Shown one piece after another: positions 12,300 through 23,300 of a stretch of DNA of 64,000 bases. Numbering within the stretch: position 1 is the first letter of the stretch; each line of letters begins with the position of its first letter. A program made the translations under genes and the position numbers. The notes under the pieces were generated by a model that saw nothing but the letters and a program-made list of their open reading frames with translations, was not told where the DNA came from and searched no databases. This stretch comes from Paecilomyces variotii (taxonomy: Eukaryota), in assembly GCA_004022145.1 (NCBI GenBank), contig RCNU01000002.1; one strand, given 5' to 3'.

Positions 12300-13600
12300 A
12301 GATTACAACCTTGTCTCTGAGAGATTGCATTTCTCTATACCTAGTTGTTACAGTGGCCTAGATAATATTCTATAAGAATCTACTAATCCAGGGCTAATTA
12401 TTATAGAATAACCTATGCACACGGAGTAGAGTAAGCCCTTGGTAGGGAGGTGGGGGGAGGAAAGATATCGGGAGGGCTCCCCCGATAGGCAGTTTACGTC
12501 GAGTTTGTGCACAGTATACTGTAAGTTGTAACTAAACGCTTGATAGCATTACAGATTATGGCAGATAGTTCTTATCTCTTAACCGGGACTATTTTGCAGA
12601 TCTAGTGTAATTTGCGAAGCGAATTCATGTAGACTTTTAATGTAACCCTGCGGCGTAGTTTTCTTATGGATTATGTGGAATCTAGCATGTAAAATGATAC
12701 CTCATTTCATTAACAGTCCGCTGCCCCACACTGATACGCGATCCACTGCGCTAACCGGCACACTCATCTTGCCTGAACTCAGGTTGTGTAGGGGGACCCT
12801 GTCATTCTAGCCGAGGAGCGTGGCCTGCTCTAGGTAGGATTACGTACACTACATGCGCTATGGATGTTAAACTCATGTAAGAGGGATATAGAATAGCATG
12901 GCATTAGTCCGGTTCTAGCAAGACTAATCGCTAGAGAATTGTACTTCCAGCGAGGCGCGCTTAAGAAGGCGCAGGGTGTCAATGTCACGTGATCCATGAC
13001 TGCTACCCTGCGCTATCCATAATGGGGTTCTATATACAACGTGCACCTTATACAATAACTCCTATCTAAGACAATAGATAGGCAGTTGTAACCTTTAGGA
13101 GACTAGACTATATCTTCAATTCTATAGCACAGGTAGAGATTAATTAGATTAGATTGGAATTTATTCATTTAAACAGGCAGCAGAGTAATTAAACCCTTTC
13201 TATCTGTAAGAAGCGCGCGGTCTCTAGGGGTTCGGTTAAAGCTTATAAGGGGTGCCAGCCCGTGATAGCCTAGCGGCTATCATTTTGTGTAGTCTTTTTG
13301 GCTGAAGGGTTCGCTAGGACTAGGCTGGCGCCTAGAGTTCTCCATACACTATCCCTGTAAAGTCTGGTTAGAATAGCATTCCTATATTAATATTTTGCCA
13401 GCTAACCAGCATTGCTTTACTTTTTGGATACAGATATCTAATAAGAATTTTCTAATCTAAAACTGGATTGAATTTTTATTATCTAACCAACTAACTAACC
13501 AACTAATTAACCTTCTAGATTGGGGTGTTTTTTAAACAATAAATTCTTGTACTCGTAATTCTTGAGACTCAAACTTAAATGGATCTACTCCCTCTACTAT
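12300..13600. repeat. TA-rich, ORF-free degenerate DNA, probably a RIP-mutated repeat relic
   Basis: No ORF of 60 aa or more from 12115 to 13607; visibly many TAG/CTA/TAA/TAT trinucleotides compared with flanking genes. RIP indices not computed; boundaries approximate. Confidence 0.45.
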
Positions 13601-13860
13601 TCTGGCTTTAAATCAATGTATATAGAGATTGGGGGTAATTCTGGATAGGCATGTAGGCCAACTGTGCGTGTCGCTCCAATCTGGGGTTAACCCCCATGCT
13701 TGGGTGTAGTGCAGGGGGAATGACGGGAGCCATAGCAACGGCAGGCGAAACTGTACGCGGGTGAGGTGCCTGGGAGCAGGACTGATGTTCTAGGGACAAC
13801 AGAATGAACCCATATATTGTGATAAGACAGCCCCTGAATCCCCGTTCCTTTCAACTAGCA

Positions 13861-15417
13861 TTAACAGTCAAATTGCGAGATCGGTGAGCGCTTCACACAA
13901 GCTTGAATACAGTCCAGTGTTTTCTTCAGTGATAGCAAGGTCACTAGCGTCTGTCGCATCACTGCCTTGGCTAGTACGGATGTATCATGGAAATCCATAG
14001 CATCTGTTGAGGCATTATTACACCAACCAAGGCAATATTGCGCGGGGAGACCGATAAGCTTCTCCAGGGTATGTAGCTGATGCTCAACAACACGGATCGT
14101 CATCAATATGTCCTGGCTGTGTGGCCGGGTGACCCCCTGAGCTGATCTTTGGGCTCTGGGGTCCATTGGGTTTAGTTCATCATGTGGCCGCTGAGGGTCC
14201 AATGCCGTTGATGACATTAGAGGGCAGCCAGTCTTCCCCGTGGGGTTGCCCGGCTCCGGGCTTGCATTCGCTAGGTCGTTTAAGAATTGAACAGTGGGTG
14301 AGAGGATAATGTCAAATAGCTCTCCAAGTTGCAGGTAGGTCGACAGGAGTATGAGTGTGACCTGGGGCGGAGCATTGGCTGAGAATACCGACGTAGGCAA
14401 TGTGCGATTCGACATGGGGCGAGAGGCAGCGTCCTCTGCCGCGCTGTCTTCACCAACCATGCCTGTCCAATCTACCGGCGATGGTGGCATTATCTGTAAT
14501 ACCAGAATGAATCTCATCGTAGCTATTACTGCCTTTCCCAGCAGCTTTGCCCGGGAGGAGCCGTCCGAGGCGCCGTCGCAAACGGGGGTGTCCAGGAAGT
14601 TCAGGTCCGGCGAGATGCCCTCGAATGTGCAGGCCCCGACGGGCTGAGTGGATAGATTGCAGGCCTGCGCCCTCAGCTCGTCCAGCTGGCGCGATACACT
14701 CCCTAGCGCATTCATAAGGGACGTCGTCCAGTCGCTGTTGGGCCTCCCGGTCTTCGACTTCGTATTGGTGTCATTCCTGTAGTGGGTGCTGCTATCGGGG
14801 GTATACGGTCGCTTGCAATTGCTTCGGTGTAGGTTGGCATACGGGCTGGGCTGCATGTCAGGGATCCCGATATCAGAGCCGCAGAGCTCGTCCGGATCTT
14901 GAAATTCCTGTGCGTGAGAGTCATTGCCGTTGTTGGTATGGGTGCCATCTAGGGAATTGTGGCATGTGGTTCGCATGGTCGCTTCTAGAAGGCCATATGG
15001 CTCATAGATATCTTCCAGTTGCATGCATAACATACCGTCAGACTCAGATAGGCCAGGATCTGTGCAAACACCAGGGCGCTGGTTGTGCGACTCGTGCGTC
15101 AATTTGCACTGGCTGTGAATTGGCATTCCAGCAGCACCAGAAGCTCCCATTGACCTACAAGACATGGAAGTGTTGGGGAAGTCCCCGGTAACCATTTGTT
15201 GGTTGGATTGGGCGTGATGCATATCTTGACAGATGGCGGTGTTGACGTGCGATTTATGCTGGGTTGGCGGCCTCCCCAAGAGTCGACCACTGCTTGTGAC
15301 GCAGCGAGCATCTACACGTAGGCAGCGATCACAAGGGGCTTCTTCAGTGTTGCGTGTGCACCGAAGTTTCAGGTCCCTGCAGCGATCGCAAGCATATCTT
15401 TTGGCATTGCTGGTCAT
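13861..15417 (-). CDS. Zn(II)2Cys6 transcription factor, probable pathway-specific regulator
   Basis: N-terminal ACDRCRDLKLRC-x7-CDRC-x6-C binuclear cluster right after ATG 15417; single long ORF; adjacent to the PKS-NRPS. Confidence 0.9.
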   Translation of the reverse strand: MTSNAKRYACDRCRDLKLRCTRNTEEAPCDRCLRVDARCVTSSGRLLGRPPTQHKSHVNTAICQDMHHAQSNQQMVTGDFPNTSMSCRSMGASGAAGMPIHSQCKLTHESHNQRPGVCTDPGLSESDGMLCMQLEDIYEPYGLLEATMRTTCHNSLDGTHTNNGNDSHAQEFQDPDELCGSDIGIPDMQPSPYANLHRSNCKRPYTPDSSTHYRNDTNTKSKTGRPNSDWTTSLMNALGSVSRQLDELRAQACNLSTQPVGACTFEGISPDLNFLDTPVCDGASDGSSRAKLLGKAVIATMRFILVLQIMPPSPVDWTGMVGEDSAAEDAASRPMSNRTLPTSVFSANAPPQVTLILLSTYLQLGELFDIILSPTVQFLNDLANASPEPGNPTGKTGCPLMSSTALDPQRPHDELNPMDPRAQRSAQGVTRPHSQDILMTIRVVEHQLHTLEKLIGLPAQYCLGWCNNASTDAMDFHDTSVLAKAVMRQTLVTLLSLKKTLDCIQACVKRSPISQFDC

Positions 15418-17381
15418 AGGAATAACGCCAGTGGCCTGTGCAGGATGAATTCTTATGTATGTAAAAGAGAGCAGGTTTGGGGAGAGAGACAGACAAAATT
15501 GGCAAAATCTATCCCTTCTGTTCAACCTCTAAGGAGAATTCCTTGGGGCCCTTTAAACATTCCCAATAGTGTGCCTGGCTCTGTCGGGAATATGGAGAAA
15601 GTCCATCGATTATCAGTACGCACATGCTCTGGGATTATCCGTTAGGGTGAGGCTGATAAGATCCTGGACTACTCCGTCCCTATAGTGGTCCTTATCCCAC
15701 TATGTGCTCGAGGAAAAGTTAACACTCAGTTCTTCTCCTGCGGCTCACTGCACCTTCTCCACTGACACTCAGAATAACCAATAGCAAGGGTGATATTGAT
15801 TGAATATTATTTAGCGCAACTAAAATTTTCGCGTGGTGGAATTGTTACCAGGGGCAGTGATATTGATAGGTAGTATGGACACTTTGCCCCTCCTTCGGTA
15901 GTATCCAGTCCTCTTTGGCTGTTTTGAATCTATTTTCGTGCTTTGTCCACGGTTCTCAACAATACCGTTTCGCCGAAGAGCATATGAGCTATGACGTTCG
16001 CTAATACATAATAATTCCAATAATAAACGTAGCTAGGATTCCGGTATCCCCTACTGCTTATCGATTGAGTAAACTATGAATGTTTTATTAAGGATACATA
16101 TCTTTCCGACGAAAATCCAGTGCCATGCATGCTGGTTCGCTGCATCTTTCCAATAATCAGTGAGGGCGCCCAATTCCCCGAAGGTTACGGAGTTGACCCC
16201 CTCTATTACCTGGGCAATCAGATACCCATCGCGAGGCCTCCCCTGCCCTACGTCACCGGTTGAGGTTGTTAGGGGAGGTGGCGCGATAAGTACCATACTG
16301 AAACTCCCCGCCTAAAATTTCGTCGGTCATACAGCTGTCAAGCGGTACTAATGGGACAATGGTGCTTTCACAGAAGAAATTCATGTTGAACCAGGAATTC
16401 TCCGTCCGTAAAGCATTATAGCAGTGGGTAGAATGTTTTGCATTATTAAGATTGTTGACTCATGAGGGTACTCTTAGGGCAGCGAATTCAAGTGACTTGG
16501 GTCGCTATTGACTACCTACTCCGTAGGCACAAAAGTTAAACGATCATTGCTCCCACAGTTAGTTTGCGCGGGATCCACTGAGGCTTACGCCGGAAGGAAC
16601 CATTATCTGCTTCAACTACTATAGAGTTCTGTTGGGATGAGACATAGCCCCAACATAAAAGGCCTTCTGGGTTCATACCTATGCTCTATTAAAACAGAAT
16701 GATATATATATCTTCTCCATTCTTTAGAAAAATATCGATCTGGATTGATCAAGTCCCTTAGATAAGTGAACATGTAGTATAGCTAAGGAGAGAGATTAAT
16801 AAGGGATAACACCTTAGTGCTGCACAAAGCATATGATCTAGGAGGGGCTTAATCGCGATCAAAAAAGTGGAATGAGGAGGGGCAATATTCCGCTACAGCC
16901 GGAGCGCTCACCAAACCAAAATAAGTATATGTAGTTATATTCTGTACGGAGTACATGACATCTAAGATGGGACTGTGATCTACCAGTACTCCGTAGGAGA
17001 TAATAATATATTACGGCCCCACCTTCCGGCTGACCGCCCGCGCGCCCCCACCGGTCCTCGAACGTCGACTCCCAAGTAATCTGGATGAACTCCTACCGTC
17101 AGGGCCGAGCTGGATCGGAGAGTTCCCGACATGGATGACAAAAAGTAATTAACTAGGAGCTAACTATCCACAATACTTTACCTCGAAGTTCGTCGGCAAA
17201 ACCCCATTCGAATTTTGTTGACCATTCTAAGCCCCTTTAGGTGGACATCGGGTATTTGGAGGCCTTGCCCACCTACTCCGCACATAAAAAAACGATGATT
17301 TGAAGCATAATCCACAACAATATTTACCTAAGTAAAGACACACAATAGGAACTCACCAAGGCAACGGCTTCTGGACCAAGA

Positions 17382-20300
17382 TCAATCACTTCTCAGCAAC
17401 CTCGGAAAGCTCAAGGTGTCCTCCTTTCCAAGCCCCAGGAATACAGCGGACATCGCACTCGACAGTCCCATTTCCCCGGCTTTCCTAACCCAGTCTTCCA
17501 AATCCACTCGCTGGATAGGCTTTCCCAATTCTGTAGACAGATAGTCCGAGATATGAGCCAGATCCAGCTCAATATCGCCTGACTCATGGATGTAAACGAC
17601 GTTCTCGCCATGAGATGGAGCCATGACGGCTCGTAAGAGTCTGTCAGTCACGGTCTTGGGGTGTACAAGATCCACATATCCTGTGAGTGATACCGCCACT
17701 GGCACGGCACAAATCCGCCGCGAGAAGGTTAGCATGTTCTGCAGAACATCTGCAACGGGTGTTTGTTCCCCCCGGTCAGGACGGAGCACACTCGAGGGTC
17801 GATGAATGTAGACCGGGAGCTTGCACATGGAGTTTACTTTCTCGAGGTACACTTCGCTGGCCCACTTAGAAGAGATATATCCGTATTCCCCGTTGCACGG
17901 TGGCGGTGAGTTCCGAACCGATATTTCTGGGAACGTACTTGACGCCGTGTACATGGAGACTCCCGCCGTGGAGACGTAGTGAAGGGGTACCCGTCTTTTC
18001 AGGCATAACCGCGCTAGGTCTTTTGTCGAGTTCACGTTGGAGCCTCTCATGGAAGCGTATGTCTTGAGATGAGATACATCGGCCCCGTTGTGGATAACCG
18101 CATCGGCTTCAATACCAAAGATGCGATCGATGTCAACCTGGGCTAAACCAAGATTCGAAGCACGGAGGTCGCCTTCCAAGCACTCAACTCGCGGAGACAG
18201 GAGAAGCTCTCTCCTTCCTTCGTCGGTCATATTTCTGTTGGCGATGCATATAATCTTCTCAACGCTACCCTGCTCAAGAAGTCCACGAAGCAGATGCTGT
18301 CCCAGGAATCCAGTTGCACCAGTCAAAACAACTATCCGAGGAGGACACCTGGGAGATGGCAGTTTTACGTCTTCCACTGGTGCTTCCAGCTCGAACGCGG
18401 TCTCGCTCGCCCAATCAATACACCTAGGATGATCTAGATACGTCTCATCCAGCGCATCGCTCTCCGGTTCCATCGCACGCTGGAGGACATTGGCCATGCC
18501 ACCTAGCGTGCTCATTTTGAACAGATCCAGCAGGGTAAGAGAAACATGAAATGTGTCGATAATCTTTTGCTGCAGCTGTACCAACAGCATGGAGGTGCCA
18601 CCGACGCTGAAGAAGTCAGACGAGGGGTTTATATCAACAATCCGAACCACTTCATCGGGGAGAACGCATTGCCAGAGGCTGAGAAGTCTGGCCTCTGCTT
18701 TTGAGAGCGTAGGAGTCAAAGTGGTCGTATCCGCACTGATAATGCTACTTAGTGGTCCTCCAGCGATGTCCAAATCCTCAAGAGCGCGCCTATCCAGCTT
18801 TCCCGCTGTTGTTCTCGGTAGATCATGAACCGGAACGAGAAGGGATGGTCGCATGGCACGCGAAAGAGGTAGTTTGCCCAGAATCGTTTGAAGGATCGAT
18901 CGTGAGTTCAAGTTTTTGTCTTGCCTTTGTTCGATTGAGAAGACACAGAAAGCGACCATGTACTTGGATTCTGCCTGTTCTTCGTCCTTTGATGCCGACC
19001 AGTCGGTGCGCACGCACGCCGCCACATCGACAAGCTGGCCTTGAGAGGCTTTCAGTACGGTCTGCTCTACGTCTCTAAGGTCAATTCGGATCCCGTTCAG
19101 CTTGACCTCAGTGACATTGCTAAGACGGCCCTTAAGGATGAGGGTCCCGTCATCTTTCAAGTAGCCAGCATCACCTGTGCGATACATAGTAGTCCAACCG
19201 TGCCGGATATACTCAGTGGTTGCAAACGGGTCCGGAAGAAAGGATGTTTTCGTCTCTTCTGCATTGTTCAGATAGCCTTTCGCGACCCCAACGCCGCCAA
19301 TGGCAACTTCACCGGCTAGGCCCAAAGGTAGTAAACTCTGCATGCTATCGAGAATATAGAAGGACTCATTCGCAGATGCCCGACCTACGGGCACAGCATC
19401 AGCGTATTTGTCGGGATTGGCATAATCAAGCTGGATCTTGGACGACCCGCAGGTCGTCTCTGTCGGGCCATACACATTGAAGAGACGAAGTTTGTCTGCC
19501 CTATTGAGACTCCTGAATCGTTTAAGCAACGGCACTGTGACGGGCTCTCCTGCCACTAAGGCTAGTCTCCAAGGCGATTGTTGAATGATGCCCACATGCG
19601 CATCACGAAGCCAGCCCCTGTACTCCGTCGGAGTGGCATAAGTGGTAGTCACTCTTTCGTCACAGAGTAGCTTGGCCATGGCTCGCCCATCGGCCCTCAG
19701 AACATGGGAAGCGATGTGTAACCGCGCACCAACTGTGAGTGCCAGGAACAATTGCGTGACGGAGAGGTCGAAGCTCCAGGAGCTCTGCTGCAGCACAACA
19801 TCCTCCCTGTTGAGCCCATAAACGACTTCGCAGTGCGCAGATTCGTGTCGCAAGCTTTCATGAGAAAGAACTACCCCCTTGGGTGTCCCCGTGGTGCCAC
19901 TAGTGTAGAGAACCATGGCCGGTGAATTGGGGAGTGCAGTAGTAGGAAGAGATTGAGTGTGTGTGTCAATAGCGTTAGATACGTTGATTACGGCACCGCG
20001 AGGTGGCAGCTCTCTCACCATATCCAGCGTAGACTCATTAATCAAGATGGCCGCAGGCTTACAGTCGTGAACCATGAGAGCCAAGCGGGAGGGCGGAGTC
20101 GCGACATCAAGGGGAACATAGACTGCACCGACCTTCAGAATCGCCACAACAGAGGCAACCCAGAGAATTGTTGGATTCTGGTATACGGCGACTCTAGAGC
20201 CGGGTGCGACACCCTCCTTCAGCAGTGACGATGAAATGCTGTTAATCTGCCTGGAGAGTTCCTGGTAAGTCACGGGGTTATTGACGCCGTCGGTTACCGC

Positions 20301-23300
20301 GACCCGGCCACCGATGGATGGGAACAACGCATCCAGTTTGTGTACGATTGTGTTCGTCGAAGTACTTTCAAAGCCAGGGCCTTTTATCCGCTCAGTATCT
20401 TCAACACAAAGAGGTATCTCGTCTCTTTTTACTTACCATGACCAACTGTAAGGGCCTTCGTCAAATCGGACTGCCTAAACTTCCAGTCGCCATTCGCTTG
20501 ATTGTCTGGCCGATCAGCAAACTCCCGCAAGATGTCTTCATAGCCATGCGCGAGGGCCCTGGCCGCGTCAGCATTATAAAGGGAATCTTGAACATTGAGG
20601 ACAATCTTTGTGTCCTCGTCACCATGTGTGGTCGTGTTCGTAATGATCGTTAAGGCAATGTCGTACGGCAGCTCAGCCTGGTCCTCAGCCATCATCTCGC
20701 AGTCACAGTCTAGAAACTCTCGTCCGCTCTCAACGCTCGTCTCAGCGTAGTTGATAAATGCCTGCGCCAGTGGTGAGTGGGTGGCTTGCCTGGAGACCTT
20801 GAGCTCGTTCAGAAGAATCTCGAGAGGGACCGCGTTGGAGAGAGCCGTGTGGCTCTTCTCGCGTGACTCGATTATGGCATCTGCAAAGGACTCCGACGCC
20901 CGCGCCTTCATTCGAAGGGGGAGCATGTTTAAGAATGGACCAATTCCCGTCCACATGTGTTCGTCTCGACGACAGCCGTCGGCAAAACCGATGCACACGT
21001 CTTCCGTAGCCAGCCAACGTAAGAGCAAAACCTTGAAGGCTGCCAGGTGAAAGTGAAACGGCGTGGACCTGTACTTGCGCGCGACGCGACGGATCTTGGC
21101 TGTAAGCTCGCTGCCAATACGGAACTCGCATTCTGGAAGTCCGGTGCGAGAGCTGTATTTCTCAAGAGGGCGGCGCATCGAGATGGTGCTTCGATGCAGG
21201 GAAAGGGGCTCGGGAATAGTGGCAAATTCGTGGCGCCAGAATCTCAGTGCATCGGCCCACTTGCCTGAGGCGTGCGCTTCATACAACGAATTGGAGTAGT
21301 CGAGGTATTGAAGGGGAGGCAAGAGATTCCCGATTTGGCTTTTGTAAATGCGAGCCAGGTCAGACATGAAGATTTCGGTGCTCGCTCGATCGAAGATGAT
21401 ATGATGCGTGCCCAAGGCAAAATAGTGATCAGTTGGAGAGTACGATAAAAGCAATACTCTCACTGTGTGGCCTCTACTTAGATCGAATACCGTTTTCTTC
21501 AGATCATTGTACGCGTTCGAAAGGTCGGTTTTAGTAAAGACGCGGCGATGCTCCAGCTCCAAAGTCGGTTCGGCAAGCACACCTTGCGTATGGACCCCAT
21601 CCTCTGTGAAGAAACGAGTCCTCAAACCCTCGTGACGCTCTCCCAAAAGGCGCACAGCCCTGTGGAGGTCGGGTACTCTTATCTCACCGCTAAGATGAAC
21701 CATGCCTGTGTTGTTTAGAGTTGTCTTGTCATCCAAAAGCTCGTGCACAAACATAAACACGGACTGTGTATAGGAGAGGGGGCCGGACCTCGCTATCGAA
21801 ACCTCTTTCTCCGGAGGCGGAGTTATAATCTGTGTCTCGTTAGTGTCGGATGTGGTAGCGCTATGGCTATCGGGGGTGTTTCTGGACGACGGTGTCGTGG
21901 AAGTATTTTTCATGTCTTCGGGTGGTGGCTGCACCTCAGGGACGCCGGCTGACGGACTTGCATCGGACAAACCCGGCGTCAGGTTAGCGGGAATTTCATT
22001 GAGCGCCTGATCGATAAGCTGCTGGAGCGAAACTCCCTTGATAATCTTCAATGCCGGAATATTAACCTGGAAATGGGTTAAAAACCACGAGCGTATGCGG
22101 ACCGCAACGAGGGAGTCTAAGCCGAGCTCGTCTGTGCGAACAGCTGGTGTCATGACATAGTCGTCTCCCATGTGGAGCATGGAGCACATTTCCTTAAGAA
22201 AATTGTCTATTAAAGATAGTGGTTAGGGCAGGAAACCATGGCTTGAATCGCTGAGCACTTACCAGTGATAACTTTGTGCACATCTGCAGTCGTCTTAGCA
22301 TCGGCCAGTTGATCGATGATCGGACCAACAGCCCCGGCAGTATCTGATGCTTTCTTTGAATGGGTCGCATTCGAGTCTCTGATAGTGAGACAGGCGAACT
22401 GTGGGAAATTGTACCAGAGAGGTCGGTCGGGCGCGTCGGCCGGAAGTGGTATCAACCCAGTGGTGATGTGCCATTCCATCTCGGAGCCTGGAACCACAGG
22501 GCTGGCGTTGATTGCCTCGGCGAACAAACAGTGAACATCAGATTCAGACATCCCTAGCAAACCCCTCTCTGCCAACGGGCGGGTCAAGGCATCGCCGATT
22601 TCTCGGGTGATGTATCCCGTCCCGAGGACGGGGCCCAGGTCAATAACGGACGCAGCCAGACCACGACGCCGCCGCTTTTGCGCCAGGCCGGCCATGAAAA
22701 AGTTAGCTGCAGAGTAGTTTGCCTGTCCGGCGTTCCCGGTGATACTGGCTGCAGAGGAGAAAAAGATAAAGAAGTCCAACGGCGAGTCATGGAAGAGGCG
22801 ATCGAGATTGATGCTGCCGTCAACCTTGGGGCGCAGAACCTTGACGAGGTCTTCCAAGGACATATCCCGAGTCAGAACATCGTTGAGTACCATGGCGCCT
22901 TGGGCAACACCAGCAATGGGAGGCAGGTTACTGGTGATGTTGGCATGGGTCTTTACGAGGGAGTCAAAATCCGTAATGTCACTGCCGCCGTTAGGTCCGC
23001 TGCCGTTAAATTTAAGAACAGAAGATGACAACTTACCAACTAGTGACAAAAGTGGTAGCCCCTTTGCGAGCCGCTTTTTGAAGCCACGCTTCACTGACCT
23101 TGGGGTTACGACTAGATATGACAATATATCTGGCGCCATTGCGTATCATCCAGTCTGCAAGTGAGAGCCCCATGTCTCTAGAAAGTCCCGCAAGCCAATA
23201 AGTCCGGTCATCCCTGAGAGAGACATTGACTGGCTGCACGGTTATGGGAAGCGCCTCGAAATCGGTCCAGCTCACAATTGTCACGGGTGAATGAGCACAG

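Noticed and set aside
23168-23200. KR NADPH motif GLSRDMG lacks the middle Gly, so KR might be inactive
   Set aside because: Catalytic Lys, Ser and Tyr ([21 protein letters not shown]) are intact, DH and trans-ER imply reduction, and this position varies in fungal KRs.
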